In this document: positions 16,991 through 31,022 of the stretch, piece by piece
Position numbering within the stretch: position 1 is the first letter of the stretch
How the letters are laid out: every line of letters begins with the position of its first letter
Source of the DNA: the human T2T-CHM13v2.0 reference genome, Homo sapiens
DNA: 64,000 nt
NCBI RefSeq assembly: GCF_009914755.1
Contig: NC_060940.1
Direction: 5' to 3' (one strand)
Translations under genes and position numbers: made by a program
Notes under the pieces: generated by a model
The model's input: only the letters and a program-made list of their open reading frames with translations
Database searches by the model: none
What the model was told of the DNA's origin: nothing

Positions 16991-19109
16991 GGTCTTGGCG
17001 CTATTGTAACGATAACAGCAGCGGTCTCCAGAACCTTCTGTAGGCCTCTGCATGCTCACAGGTTAGACCACTGAGACCACCCATGGATTTTATGTAGTAG
17101 ACACACAGGGTGGGCCTCGTGCCCAGTGTTGTCTAACATGCTTTGTAAGTGCAGACCCGTTCCTCCCAGTGCCTTTGGAGGTGGAGATTGTGGTCCTTGT
17201 TTTACAGGCAGGGACAGTGAAGGGACTGTGACCGCTGTTGGTGCCAGGCATCTGGCTGCAGCTCCCAGGCTCTCATCCCTTTGCTGTGCTCCTTTGCAGC
17301 TTGGAGGGAATGATTTTTTATCCCCATCTTACAGTATGGGGAAGGTGAGGCTCAGAGAAGTCAAGGACTTCTGTCTGGGGTCACGTGGCTAGGAAGCTAA
17401 CAGCCAGGATCCGAGCTCAGATTTGCCCGACTTCCACCCATGCCGGTGGGCGGGTTTTCTCCTTGGAGAGGGGCCAGTCCTGCCCCGAGGTGCCATCTCT
17501 GCACAGGTAACAGCATCAGCCAGGCACCCTGCAGGCCACCCCGCCCCTCGCAGGGGTTTCCACTAACCCTGCTGTCTGCCAGGCCAGCCTGTGGGCCCCA
17601 CCACCTCCTGGGTGAGCGTTCCCAACATCAGAGCTATGCAGCAGGCAGTGAGGGGATCATAGGTCTGGCAGGGGCAGGACTGGGAGGGACACCCTTATGT
17701 GCTGTGTCCTGTTCCTGCCTCCCCTGTTCACGCCCCACAGAGGAGGGAGGAAGCTGGGGTTAAGGGCAAGGGACAGTTCCTGCTCTCCCAGGCCCCACAA
17801 GGCATGCAAGAGGCTAAAAATCAGAAGCCAGCAGGACGCCCAGGTCTCCTGAGCCTGTGCGTCTGATCTGCTCACCTGGGAGACGATGGTGCTGGCATGG
17901 GCGGGTCAGAAGGAGCAGCAGGACCCTTCCACGGCCCAGGACAAGCCAGCCCTCAGGGGCCAGAGCCCCCATGCTGGGCACAGGGCTGCCACCTTGGGCG
18001 GTGCCCTCCCTAGCTGCCGCACTTCAGAGTGAGCCCCCATCCCTGGCGTCTGCCCTCCTGAGTGAGTGAGGGAGGGGCCGGGTGGGGCCGGATCGTGATC
18101 AGAGCCGGAGCTGGCCTTCGTGAGTGATGGCCTTGCCTGCTCTGTTGCCCGGTGACAGTAAAGAATATTCCTACAGAGTGTGGGTTTTGGAAACAGACAT
18201 GCCTGTAGGGGTCCTGGCTCAGACGCTTCCCTGACGTTAGCACCTGGGCAAGTGGCTTAACCTCATCACTCGGTGTTGGCATCTGTAAAATGGGCACAAT
18301 AACATGCTAATGTCTCCCTCGCGGGGCTGTGCGAGAATCGATTCAGTGGCCCGTGGAAACCCCTAGCGTGGCCCGGATGTGTGGTGAGTGGCCTTGGCGG
18401 CGTCAGCCTTCATGGGAGGTGGGAGAGCTTTGCCGTCCTGGGTGAGGTCGGGGTAAGAGAAAGCAGAGTCGGTCCCCAGCAGGTGTGGCTGGGAGGATGC
18501 TCAGTCACTCCCAATGTTCATTGGGAGTCACTGTGCTCCCAGTGGACAGAGTGTCAGGTAGGGTCTACAGATGAGCCCCACTTCTTAGCCTTGCCCTGGG
18601 TCCACAAATCAGCCAGAGTTACTGGGTGTGGGGCTTCCTCAATGTCAGGGATGGGGGTGAACAGAAGGGCTGGGTCCGGAGTCTCCAAGGCTCCTTCCAG
18701 GCTCCAGGGCTAACGCTGTGGGGGGGGCCCAGGTCTCCACCTCTTGTTGCTGTGTGGCCTTGGGCAAGTGACTCACCTCTCTGAGCCTCTGCGTGTCATG
18801 GGGAAGTGACTCCATGCCTGCTGCTGTCTCGGTATTTCACAAGTGCTCAGCAAATGCCAGCAGACCGTGTCCTTCAGACGCGGCAGCTGGGGTTCCTGAC
18901 TGCTGGGCTACTGCTGCGGTGGCTCATGAAGGTTTTTCTGTCCCCACTACAAAACAAAAGGCAGCTGATGCAGGAGTTTTAGTAAAGATAATGTATATTT
19001 TAGTAAAGATAACGTATATTTGATTTAAAAGAATGCTCTTTATTCTGAGATTTGGTCCATCCCATCTTTGTGGGTTTTTTTTTTTTAATTTGGATGTGAA
19101 AAAGACATT

Positions 19110-19660
19110 CCCTTTATTTGTAATGGCCCAAAGTCGGAAGCAGCGAAGATGCCATTAAATAGGGAAGTGGATAAGCAAACAGCGGTGACGACGCGGAGCA
19201 GCCTTCAATGCCTGGTGCTCAGCGGGAGAAGCCCGTGTGAAGAGGCCACATCCCGTGGGGTTCCAACTAGATGGCGTTCTGGAAGAGGTGGAACTCTGGA
19301 GACAGTGACAAGATCAGTGGTTGCCCAGGGTTGGGGGGGAGGGAGGGACAGACAGGCGGAGTCCGGGGGATTTGTAGGGCAGTCATACTACTCTGAGATA
19401 CTCTAATGGCGAGTATATGTCCGGATGCCTTTGTGCACACCCATGGAAGGCGTGGACCCTGATGAAAACCATGGCTCTGGTTAATAATGTATCTGTCTTG
19501 GCCCATCAATTGCGACAGATGTACCACAAGATGCTAATATCAGGGGAAGTGGGGGGCGAGGGGATACGGTATATGGGATCTCTCTGTACTTTCCACTTAT
19601 TTTTCTCTAAAGCTAAAACTGCTCTAAAGTATTTTTTAAAAAGAAAAAGTTAAAAAAAGA
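19110..19660 (+). mobile_element. Old L1M (L1MC-like) 3' end
   Basis: tttatttgtaatggcccaaag...agatcagtggttgcccaggg...atatgggatctctctgtactttcc...aaagctaaaactgctctaaa followed by an A-rich tail. Confidence 0.75.
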
Positions 19661-20199
19661 CCACATGAACCCATGTGGAGAGTGGAAGAAGCAAAGTCAA
19701 AACATTGCCCAGAGTCCATGCTGGAAGCCAGTTGGGGCGTGGCTGCTCCACTCAGTTGACTGTCTGAGTCTTGTCCCCACAGCACAGATTGGTGGACCTT
19801 CAGCCCCCACACTGGAGGCACTGGCCTTCCGAATCCCTTCTCACCTGAGTGGGGTCAAGACGCACCTGGGTCCTATTTGCTGCCCACCTCAGGGGTCAGC
19901 TGCTGTTCTTGGCACCTCCCACCCTAGGGGGATGGTGTCTGCAAACGGTGCTTTTGGCCTCTGGCATGTCCACCCTGCCACAATCATCTTCCTCACCCTC
20001 ATCTGCAGACCTTCTGACACCACCTCTGCTGACCCCTCTCCCCTTGTCCTTCTGGGGAGATCACGGACCTGCCCCTTCCTGGCATTCCCCAGCCAGTCCT
20101 CCATGGGGAGCAGGACTGTGCATCGAGGCCAGGCTCAGGTCTTCACCCACGTTGACAACGTACGAGTCCCCTCTGAGCCTTAGTTTCTGTGGCTGGAAA

Positions 20200-21720
20200 A
20201 ATGAGGTTAATATCACTATTGTGAGAATCTTCTCATAAACGCATCTTTCCTTCCCCTCCTCCTTAAAATTTTTAATCCTTATTGAGCTATTATGTGCCCA
20301 TAGTTTAAGGTGACATTTGGTGCTAAAAACAAAATAGAGCTTGGAGCAAAAATCATGTGTGTCTTCAGAGACTGACCACCATGTTTTCAAGTGGGTGTGT
20401 TTGCCGCTTCCTGAGCTCATGCTCACTTTTAGCCATTATCTGTTGACTCCTACTGTAGTAGATGGAGATTTTCAATCCCTTAGACCCCCATTCTCCCCAC
20501 TCCCAGCTATCTCAATATTGCTATATTGCATTTTTTGTTGTTAAATCCATACTCAGTGTTTTTCATTATGACTATGTAAGTATTGCTTACTGCTGAGCCA
20601 GGCAATGGAGTCTGATTCTGTACACTTCTCATGCATAACTTGAGTTAGTAATTGTCTCGCTTTTTTTCAGTTGCAATTTTCTTTAAATCACTGGTTCTTT
20701 TTTCACCTTCCAACTGCTCAGTGAAACACCTCTCAAATGCAGCTTGCACTTGAGCAAACCTGCCAGATTCAGTAATACACACAAATGTACAAATACGTTT
20801 GTTTATTGATTGATTGCCTTCTTCCCAATTCTTCCCCCATTTTCCTGGGTATTTCCTTCACCTCTCCTGTGTTTGATCTTCTCATGTCTTCTTTCATGGT
20901 TTCCTCCCTCATTTGGGTGGAGCACATCCTGGAGTAGCTTCCTAAGAAAGGATGCATGGAAGATATAGTTTCTGTGGCTTGATTATTTGATAAATTGGTA
21001 TGCATAGTATGCTAGGTTGAAAATCATTTCTGCTCATAATTTGGGGCGGTGGGGGTGCAGTTTCCCACTGACTTCTAGGTTCAGTGTTGCTCTTGAGAAG
21101 CCCATGCTGTTCTGATTCTCGGTCCTTCATTTGTGATCTGTTTTTATGTTTCTCTGGAAGCATTTAGGGTCTTTGTCATTTGAGTTCTGAATTTCATGCC
21201 ACTGTATCTTGGTTGGGTGTCTCTCCCCTCATTGTGTGGTATCTGTGAGCCCTCCAGTCTGGACGCTCACACCCTTCCATTCCAGGAGACTTTCCTGTTT
21301 AAATCTTTGCCCATTTTCCTTCCCTGCTTTCTAGAACTCCTGCTGTTTAGAGTTCGGGTGTTCTGGATGAGTCCTTTAATTTTCTTACTGTTTTGCCTAC
21401 CTACCTCTTTTTTTGTTCTAGTTTCTGAAAGATTTTCTTGATTTTTATCTTCCAGCTTATTTACCAAAATATTTCTTTTAGCTATTATACTTTTAATTTC
21501 CAGAAGCTCTTTATCCCTGGTCTTTCCTTTTTAATTGCATTTTATTCTCATTTTGTATTTTATCTCTGAGGATTTAAATTCTGGTCCCTCGATGTCTTCT
21601 CCCACCTGCTGCATTTTCTGATTCCCCCTCTTTTTTCCCACTTATTTGTAAGTTTTGGTCTTTTTTGTCCCTGCCAAGGCTTCTCCTTGTGTCTGAGGAC
21701 CGTTGACTGTTCATATATTA
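20200..21720 (-). mobile_element. Ancient T-rich L1-like remnant
   Basis: Abrupt low-GC, T-rich 1.5-kb block with degenerate L1-type phrases (ttgagaagcccatgctgttctgattc). Confidence 0.5.
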
Positions 21721-22103
21721 AAGTGAGGTACGAAAAAGCTGAGTGGAAACTTGTGTGTGTGGCAGCCTTCGCTTCTGGCTACAGTCTGTTTTTTCAGAGG
21801 AATTTTCCACCTCTCTCCTGGATAAAGTAATCCTCCCTGTTTGGGTGGGGTAGCAAGCAGGGTTTTTGGTTCAGAATGAGCACTTTCCCAGTGCCTGCTG
21901 AAGCATTGGCGAAAAGACGAAAAAAAGAGCACTTCCCTGGCAGTCCTCCCCCACCCTCCTCTGCCTGGTGGGCTTGTCTGATTGTTGGCCTAGAAACTTT
22001 TCTTCCTGGGTTCTGCAGAAGGAGAGAAAACTCTCTTCCTTTCATTCATTATTTATATTTCTCAGCAATCTGGCTTTTTATCCTTTTTCTTGGTTTGTCC
22101 TAA

Positions 22104-22689
<586 letters not shown>

Positions 22690-22729
22690 TCATTATTTAT
22701 ATAGTTAATCACCTCGCTAGAGACTGAGA

Positions 22730-23080
22730 ATTCTGTGTCCTCAGGCTGCCATCACAAAATACCACAGACAGCATGGCTTAAACCACAGTTTATTTCCTTG
22801 CAGTTCTAAGGCTGGAAGGTCAGGGTCAAGGTGCTGGGAGAGTTGATTGTTCTTTGTTTTCGTGGGCTTGTCCCTCTGTATGCCTCTGAGTCCCTTCATA
22901 GAAAGACACCAGGCCTATTGGATGAGGACCCCCAGTGCCTTCATTTTTAACTCAGCCACCTCTTTAAAGACCTTATCTATCTCCAAACAAGGTGACATTC
23001 TAAGGTGGCAGAGGATGCCGGGGGTGGGGGTGGGTAGGACTGCAGCATATGCATTTTGGAGAAACGCAATTAAGCCCATA
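22730..23080. mobile_element. MaLR solo LTR (MLT1-like)
   Basis: ggctgccatcacaaaataccacagac...ggcttaaac...cagttctaaggctggaag...aagacaccag...aagaccttatctatctccaaa. Confidence 0.75.
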
Positions 23081-23164
23081 GTGAATTCCGGCAGACATAA
23101 CTATTCAGAACTCCACTAAGATTAACCAAAAAAAAAAATTTATATATATATATATTAAATGATG

Positions 23165-23458
23165 GGCGGGGCGCGGTGGCTCACACCTGTAATTCCAGTG
23201 CTTTGGGAGGCCGAGGCAGGCGGAGTACCTGAGGGCAGTTTGAGACCAGCCTGGCCAACATGGTGAAACCCTGTCTCTAGTAAAAATACAAAGATTAGCT
23301 GGGTGTGGTGGCGGGCGCCTGTAGTACCAGCTACTCGGGAGTCTGAGGCAGGAGAATCGCTTAAACCTGGGAGGCGGAGGTTGCAGGGAGCCAAGATCAC
23401 ACACTGCACTCCAGCCTGGGCGATAGAATGAGACTCCATTGCGAAAAATAAAAAAAAT
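23165..23458 (+). mobile_element. Alu (AluS-like)
   Basis: Full dimer, preceded by A/(TA)n. Confidence 0.95.
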
Positions 23459-26400
23459 CTGGTGTTGGTAGTAACGATGTAGGGGACATGGTCTCTCTTA
23501 TAGTCTTTTCTGAGGGTAATTTCTGAAAAACCATAACCCCAAACCCTTGCTTTTGACCAAGCAATTTCATTCTAGGAATTTATCCTAAGGATAAATTTTA
23601 ATGTCATATGAAGATTAGCTGTGAAAACGGAGGAGCGACCCGAATACCTTGCGGCATAGGATTAGCTTGTAATTTATGTGCTTGTGAAACGGCCGTGCAA
23701 TGAATGGGGCTCCGTGCAGCCGGGGACAAAGTGGGTGCAGAGAGGCAGGAGGGACAGGCACGGGGCATGGGGGCCACCCGTGGAGAAAGCCCTGGAGCTT
23801 TGTGAATGCCGTCTGTTGGCCAGCGCAGGGCTCTCACTGTCACGTTGGACCTGTGCCCAGGGTCTGGTCCCTGGTCTGTGAGGGTCCCAGAGGGGGCACA
23901 ACAGGCGAAGACCCCAAAGACAGGGGTCTGTTCCGGGGCATCCTGGGCAGAGAGTGGGTATAGGGGACAGAAACCCAGCCAAAGCGGCTCAAGTGGAAGA
24001 TAGGTGCTGGTCGATATGGGCCAGCCTGAGGGGTGTCAGAGCCGGTAATGGGGAGGCCATCGGAAGCCCACAGGAGCCACTTCTGAGTTCCCTCAGGGTG
24101 GAGGCCTGGCCGCCTTCCCAGTGGTGCCTGTTTCTTCCTTTCTCTGCGGGTTGGCTTCTCTGCGTCCCTGCCTCCGGGTGGGAAGGGGTCCCTGCAGGCT
24201 TCGTCTCCTCCCAGCCGCAGAGCCACCACCTTGGGCTCCCCTGCCCCAGGCCCAGGCTGGTGGATCTAATTGGGATTTGGTAAGCTGTGACGGGAGGGGG
24301 GCTCTGGCCCGTGCCCACCCATGGGAAACGGGCCCTATAGGAGGCAGGTGAGGCGGGCCAGAGTGAATCAGTGGTCCAGTCCAGAACGGAGGCTGTGACC
24401 CGCCAGGGTGGGAGAGGACGGGCTTTGGGGTTGGGCCTCAGCCCCGAGTGGGCAGGCACAGCATGGGACTGGCTGAGAGACGCTCTGTGTGGGCTTCGGA
24501 TCAGCTCAGCGTAGGTTTCAGTCCCGCTCTAGCTGGGTGACACTGGGGTTATTTTACCTGTCTCTGCCTCAGTTTCCTTCTTTAAGTGGACACAGTAAGA
24601 GTGCTGAGCTCCCGGGGTAGTGTGTGGATGAAAGGTGACCTCCGCCTGCATGGAGCCATGGAAATGTTTCCCCTTTTCCCTCCACTGGACTCTGGGACAG
24701 TAGTGGGAGCCTGGGTGGGGGCTTTTGCCTGCCAGAACTCATGGGTCGGGGCCGCACATGAGTGAGTGTCTCCTGGGCAGGGCTGTGGCCATGAGCTCAG
24801 GTCTTTAGTGGGCTCCTTGCTCCTCCCAGCAAAGCGTTCACCTTGCCCCACCCTGGGACCTCTCAGGTGCTCTTTGGAGGTGTTGACCTGGGGCATCTGT
24901 CCATGGCCCTGAGGAGGTGGAGCACCTGGTGAGGGCTGCGCTCTCTCCAGCTGGGACCCCGGGCTCCGAAACTAAAGTTTTGGGAAGAGTGTCAGCTGAC
25001 GGGTGGGGCTTCAGAGGAGGAAAAGAAACAAGGGTGTGAGATGTGCAGGCCCTGGTGAGAGACAGGCAGCAGCAAGAGCCTGCCAGCCATACTTACCCAC
25101 AAGGCCGGCTGAGGGGCTGTGCTGGCCCAGGGCTCTGGCTTTCGGACCCAGACAATGCTGCTGACCAAGCAGGCCAGGCGCTGAGTGACTGTCCCAGCGG
25201 ATCTCCGAGCAGGGTCCCTTGAGCATTAGGAATGCAGCTTCTCAGGCCATGCCAGCCTGGCAGAACAGGAAGGGAGGGGTACAGCCCTGTGGGGACGCAG
25301 CTGTGGCTCGAGTGACACCTGCTGGCGGCCTCATCTCATCCGCTCTCTGCGAGTCTGTGGTGGTTCTAGTCGGCGTTTCACGGGCAAGGTTTAGGGGGTT
25401 TGTTCCTCACCTGGGGTCCACCCACGTCTTCCGACTTCCTCTCTCAGTGTTTGGGCCATCGGTGGGTGAGGTGGCTGCAGCAGAGCCGGGGGCTCCTGTG
25501 TGCGGAGGCAGCACCGACATCCACTGCAGCCACACCCTCCTGAGAGGGTCTGGAAGGAAGCAGGGCACCCTGCGAACCCACCTTCCTCTGGGGTGTCTTC
25601 CGGGGCCCCAGGGCCAGGGCAACTGGAGCAGACAGGACATTATCTAGCTCTGGGGGCCGTGCTGACCGAGCCAGACCCTCGCGGCGGCCCACAGAGATGG
25701 GCAGCTTGCGGGGCAGCTTTGTCCCCCCGACACTGGGTCCTGTCTTCATGCACACAAGCCGCCTGTTCTGCAGGTGACCAGTTAGGTTCGATGGGACAGG
25801 CTTTGGGAATCAGCGGCTTGGGTTTGCCCCCCACAGCCTTGGATCTTGACCTTGGGAGAGGCCTCCACCACGTGCCCTGGGGTGGGGTGGGGGCGGGGGC
25901 GTCCTGCATCTGCGCCGTTCGGCTCAGTTGCCCTCAGCCGCGGTTGGCCGCCAAGCACTAGGGTGTTGCTGGCACAGCCAAGGAACTGAGCCCAGACTTT
26001 TTGTTTACTTAATCAAGCATAAATGCAAAGGGCTGGGGGTGGCCGAGCTGATGGTGCAGGCGTGTGTGCTCAATAGCTCCATCACAGTGGCTGTCGCTTT
26101 ATTGAGCAACCGAGGGAGCGAGGGAGAGGAGCAACTGCGGCGAGCGTGGAGGCCCAGCCCGCAGAGCTCCCGTCTGGGGGAAGCCCTGTCCCTCACTGCC
26201 TGTTCCCGGCGCTTTGGTGCCCTCTGCTGTGGGGTGATGAGGTCAGGCTACGCAGGCAGTCACGGCAGAACTGAAGGCCGTGTGCTTTCGTGTAGCCAAA
26301 CCCCTTTTCTTATTGATATCAGTTATAAAATCAGAGCTATGTTCCCACCAGGGGCAAAAATCCAACACCGTGCAGTTGCAAACACGGGGCAGGAAAGACT

Positions 26401-27036
26401 CCGGCGACCCTCATTACACTGTGCCGGGAGGCATGGCCAGAGCTCCGTCAGTTCATGCGTCGCTTAAACCTAGAGGTGGGTGCGATTGTCACCCTATCTT
26501 ACAGGTGTGGAAACTAACTCAGCTCCGAGATGTGACTGACCTTCCCCGGCCATAGTACGCGCAGCGCAGTGGGGCCTGGACGCGGCTGCCTGGTTTCAGG
26601 TCCACACGCTCCCCAGCACTGCCGGCCAGGCTCCAGCATGACGGGGGTCAGGCCTCCACAAGGCCCTGTCGGCCACGGGAGTTTGCTGCGAGATCCTGGG
26701 TCCCTGACTGTGTTCTCAAAGCCCCTAGGATTTGACCAGCCGTTCTTTTATCTTAGGAGTCGGAAATCTTACATCTGTATTTTTATTTCGCTGTGCTTCC
26801 GCCCCCTGCTCTGCTACCCTCACCTCACTACGTTGTTTTATTGGCATAGTATAAAATTCACATTTTACAATATGCAATTCAGTGGCACTAGCACATTCAC
26901 GGGGTTCTGATCATCAGCTCTATCAGGTTGCAGGCCACTTTCATCACCCCAAAACCCCAGCCCTGTGAGCAGCCATTCCTGCTCCTCCCCGGCCATCATC
27001 CGTCTGTCTCTGGATTTACCTGTTCATGTTATGGGG

Positions 27037-27090
27037 GAGAGAGAGAGAGAGAGAGAGTGTGTGTGTTTGTGTGTGTGTGTGTGTGTGTGT
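27037..27090 (+). repeat. Compound (GA)n(GT)n microsatellite
   Basis: Direct reading. It lies at the end of an old L1 fragment (about 26830-27030). Confidence 0.95.
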
Positions 27091-27571
27091 TTTAAATGAA
27101 GGCTTGTGGTACGGGGTCTGTTCTCATTTTGCGCCGGTGTTGGGCCTGAAGTGTGTCCTGTGTGCATGTCTCTGACCCCCGGAGTCATGGGACCCAGTCA
27201 CGTGCTGCGCTGACGTGGAGTCCGAAGTTGTAAAGACAAAGCTGGGTGAGACCCTAGTGACTCACAGGCCCTTCTGCTCTCCTTTCCAGATCTGGGACTT
27301 TCTCGGGGACAACCCTGGGATAACAGCCACCACTGGAGTCTATGCTTGAAGGCCATTCCGCCTCGTGGTGCCCTGGGCGAATGTCGAGGGAAAGCAGACT
27401 CCCTGTGCCCCCGGGGTTGGCTTCTTGCTCAAGGATTCCAGATGCTGGCCTCCTGGGTGTTGTTCCCATGCCGAGCTCCAGTTGGGGGTGTGACCAGCAC
27501 CCTGTGCGGGGGCTGCTGGTGTTCTGTGTTGTCAGAGCAGTGCTGTTTTGTGTTTTTCTTTAAAAAAAAAA

Positions 27572-27960
<389 letters not shown>

Positions 27961-28629
27961 CTGTGTTTTGTGTTTGCTCCAGCCCTTTGCTGGTGAACAG
28001 ACGCGTTCACTGGACACCTAAGTGCCTGGACCGTGGAGCACAGGGTGGGGGTGCTGTTCATGGCCGGAACGCCAGAGGCTACTGGGGAGACACAGGAGCG
28101 ACCACCATGATCCACAGACCAGGACTGTACAGAGCACTTGAAGGGGCGGCCTCAAGAATTGTGCCGGAACAGTGAACATGAGGGCTCCTGGCTCCCCTCT
28201 GAGGACAAGGGTTAGGTAGGAGGGGACAGGGCAGGGCTGAGGTGGGTCGGCTTGGTTCATGGCAGGGCTTGGGGAGTGAGGAGAGTGAGGAGTACCGGGA
28301 CCCGGGGTCCCTGCTCTGCTCACCTGCTGAGAATGAGCCAGTGTTGGCCTCTGGTCTCCATGTCTGTAGAGAGGCTTCTCTGCTTCCCCTCCTGTAGAAT
28401 GGGAACGACAACATCCAGCCATAGAGTGCTGAGAATTCAGGGACAGGACACAGCGAAGGTGCCCCAGTCCCCCTTCCTGACCCCAGCCTGGCGTCACCCT
28501 CTATCCAAGGGAAGAAGCAGGGATCTGCCTACAAATCTCTCAGGATGTGAAGTGTGGCCCCCAGCCTGGTGCCTTTGCAGTGGGCCCAGGACGGAGGGTA
28601 GCCTTGGCACCTGGGGAGGACAGGTGAAC

Positions 28630-28965
28630 CTGGATCCAGACTCTGCCTCAGGTGACAGCCCTGGGTTCTAACGCTGCCCCTTCCGCTTCCTGGCTGTGTG
28701 TTCCTAGGGCGGCCACAGCCCCTCTCCAGCCTCAGTTGCCTCACCTGGGAAGAGAGGTGCAGGGCTTTTGCGATGATCATAATAGTTACCATCAATCGAG
28801 CATTAGCGACTTTCCAGCACCTTAAGGCAGTTACCCTGTGATCTGCACAGCCGCCCTCCCCTCGTTGCAGATGAGGAGACTGAGTCAGAGAGAGGTTAAC
28901 CCAGACATTCCCAAGGTTGTAGATTGAGAAAGTGTTGAGTTGGGATTCGAACTCAAGTCTGTCTG
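28630..28965. mobile_element. MIR fragments (two, opposite orientation)
   Basis: cctcagttgcctcacctgggaa and gcagatgaggagactgagtcagagagaggttaa...gggattcgaactcaagtctgtctga. Confidence 0.65.
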
Positions 28966-29059
28966 AGGCCTCCTAGCCCCTTCCTGACCCCAGAGCCTTC
29001 CGCACCTCATGGCTCCACCAGACCCTGCATGAAGCTCCTGGTGGGCAAACTGGGCACCT

Positions 29060-29540
29060 TCACTTTAAACGTTGAGGGAAAAATACACATAACCTACAGT
29101 GTCCCGTCTCAGTCATCTTCACGTGTGCCGTTCTGTGGCATTAAGCACATTCACGCTGTTCAACCGTCACCAGAACTTTTCCATCTCCAGAACTTTCTCA
29201 TCTTCCCAAACCGAAACTCTGTCCCACTAAATGCTCACTGCCTGTCCTCCCTCCTGTACTCCCTCCTGTCCTCCCTCCTGGCCTCCCGCCTGTCCTCCCG
29301 CCTGTCCTCCCTCCTGGCCCCTCGCACCCTCCGTTCTACTTTCTGTGTCTATGAGTCTGATGACTCCAGGGACCCCAGGAGAGTAGAATCCCACAGGATT
29401 TGTCCCTTCCAGCCTGGCTTATTCCACTGCATGACGGCCTCAAGGCTCATCCAGGAAGCAGCAGGTGCCCGGCTTTCCTTCCTTTTTAAGGCTGAGGAAT
29501 ATTCCACTGCATGGGGGGACCACGTCATTTTATCCCCGAT
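29060..29540 (-). mobile_element. Old L1MB-like 3' fragment containing a 12-bp tandem repeat (29241-29318)
   Basis: gtggcattaagcacattcacgctgtt...catctccagaactttctcatcttcccaaaccgaaactctgt...tcctttttaaggctgaggaatattccact; (cctgtcctccct)~6. Confidence 0.75.
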
Positions 29541-29712
29541 GCCTTCACTTTTCAGCTCTTGTTCCCATCTGTATCTGTAAGCTGGAGCATCCCTTGATGG
29601 AGGAGGGATCTCAGGGAGTGGGTGAGCCTCTCCTCTTTCCAGGGTCATCCTCCACTTTGCGGGGGCAGCCCACCTTCCTGGAGTTCCAGCTGAGGGGGGG
29701 CCCAATTTAACA

Positions 29713-30442
<730 letters not shown>

Positions 30443-30941
30443 GTCCACAGCCCTGGCACGGAAGGGGCAGTCGCTGAGGGTGCAGTCTTGGGGTGAGGGT
30501 CCCTGTGATGGCAGCCTGTGTCCAGCTTGGACTGGCCATGGGAAGGCCACTGTGTGGGCGGGTCTGGCCTTGGTAAAGGGCCACCCCCTGAGACCCACCG
30601 AGCCTAGTTCCAGTTTCCTCCTCACAACCCCAGCCTGGAAGGGCGTTCGGGTGTGGAGCAAGCCACAGGGTTTCCCCCCAGTGTGGTTCGCATTGGGGTG
30701 CCGGGTGGTTCCGAGTCAGCTGCCCCCTCTGCCTCCTCCCCGTGCCCATCACAACTGCCCCCAGTGCTGGGACCTCTGGGCAAGAGGCTGAGGCTGACAC
30801 TCTGGAAAGGTGTGCAGTGGTGTTGTGGGGTCCCTGGGGTCCGGTCCACATACATCCCTGCTTGCCCGGCTCTTGGCATCCTGTAGGAGAAGGTGCCACA
30901 GCCTAGTGGGTGGGAGGGCAGGAGCCCCATCACTGGAGTCG

Positions 30942-31022
30942 GAGGTTGCTTTTGATGTTGATGGCAGTGAGGTTGCTTCTGATGTTGATGGCAGTGAGGT
31001 TGTTTCCGACGTTGATGGCAGT
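30942..31022. repeat. 27-bp tandem repeat x3
   Basis: gaggttgcttctgatgttgatggcagt x3. Confidence 0.95.

Noticed and set aside
18977-19021. Small tandem duplications (21 bp here, 16 bp at about 36411)
   Set aside because: Ordinary slippage duplications with no evident function.
29029-29580. 183-aa ATG ORF with SSLL repeats
   Set aside because: Lies in an antisense L1 3' fragment plus a 12-bp tandem repeat.
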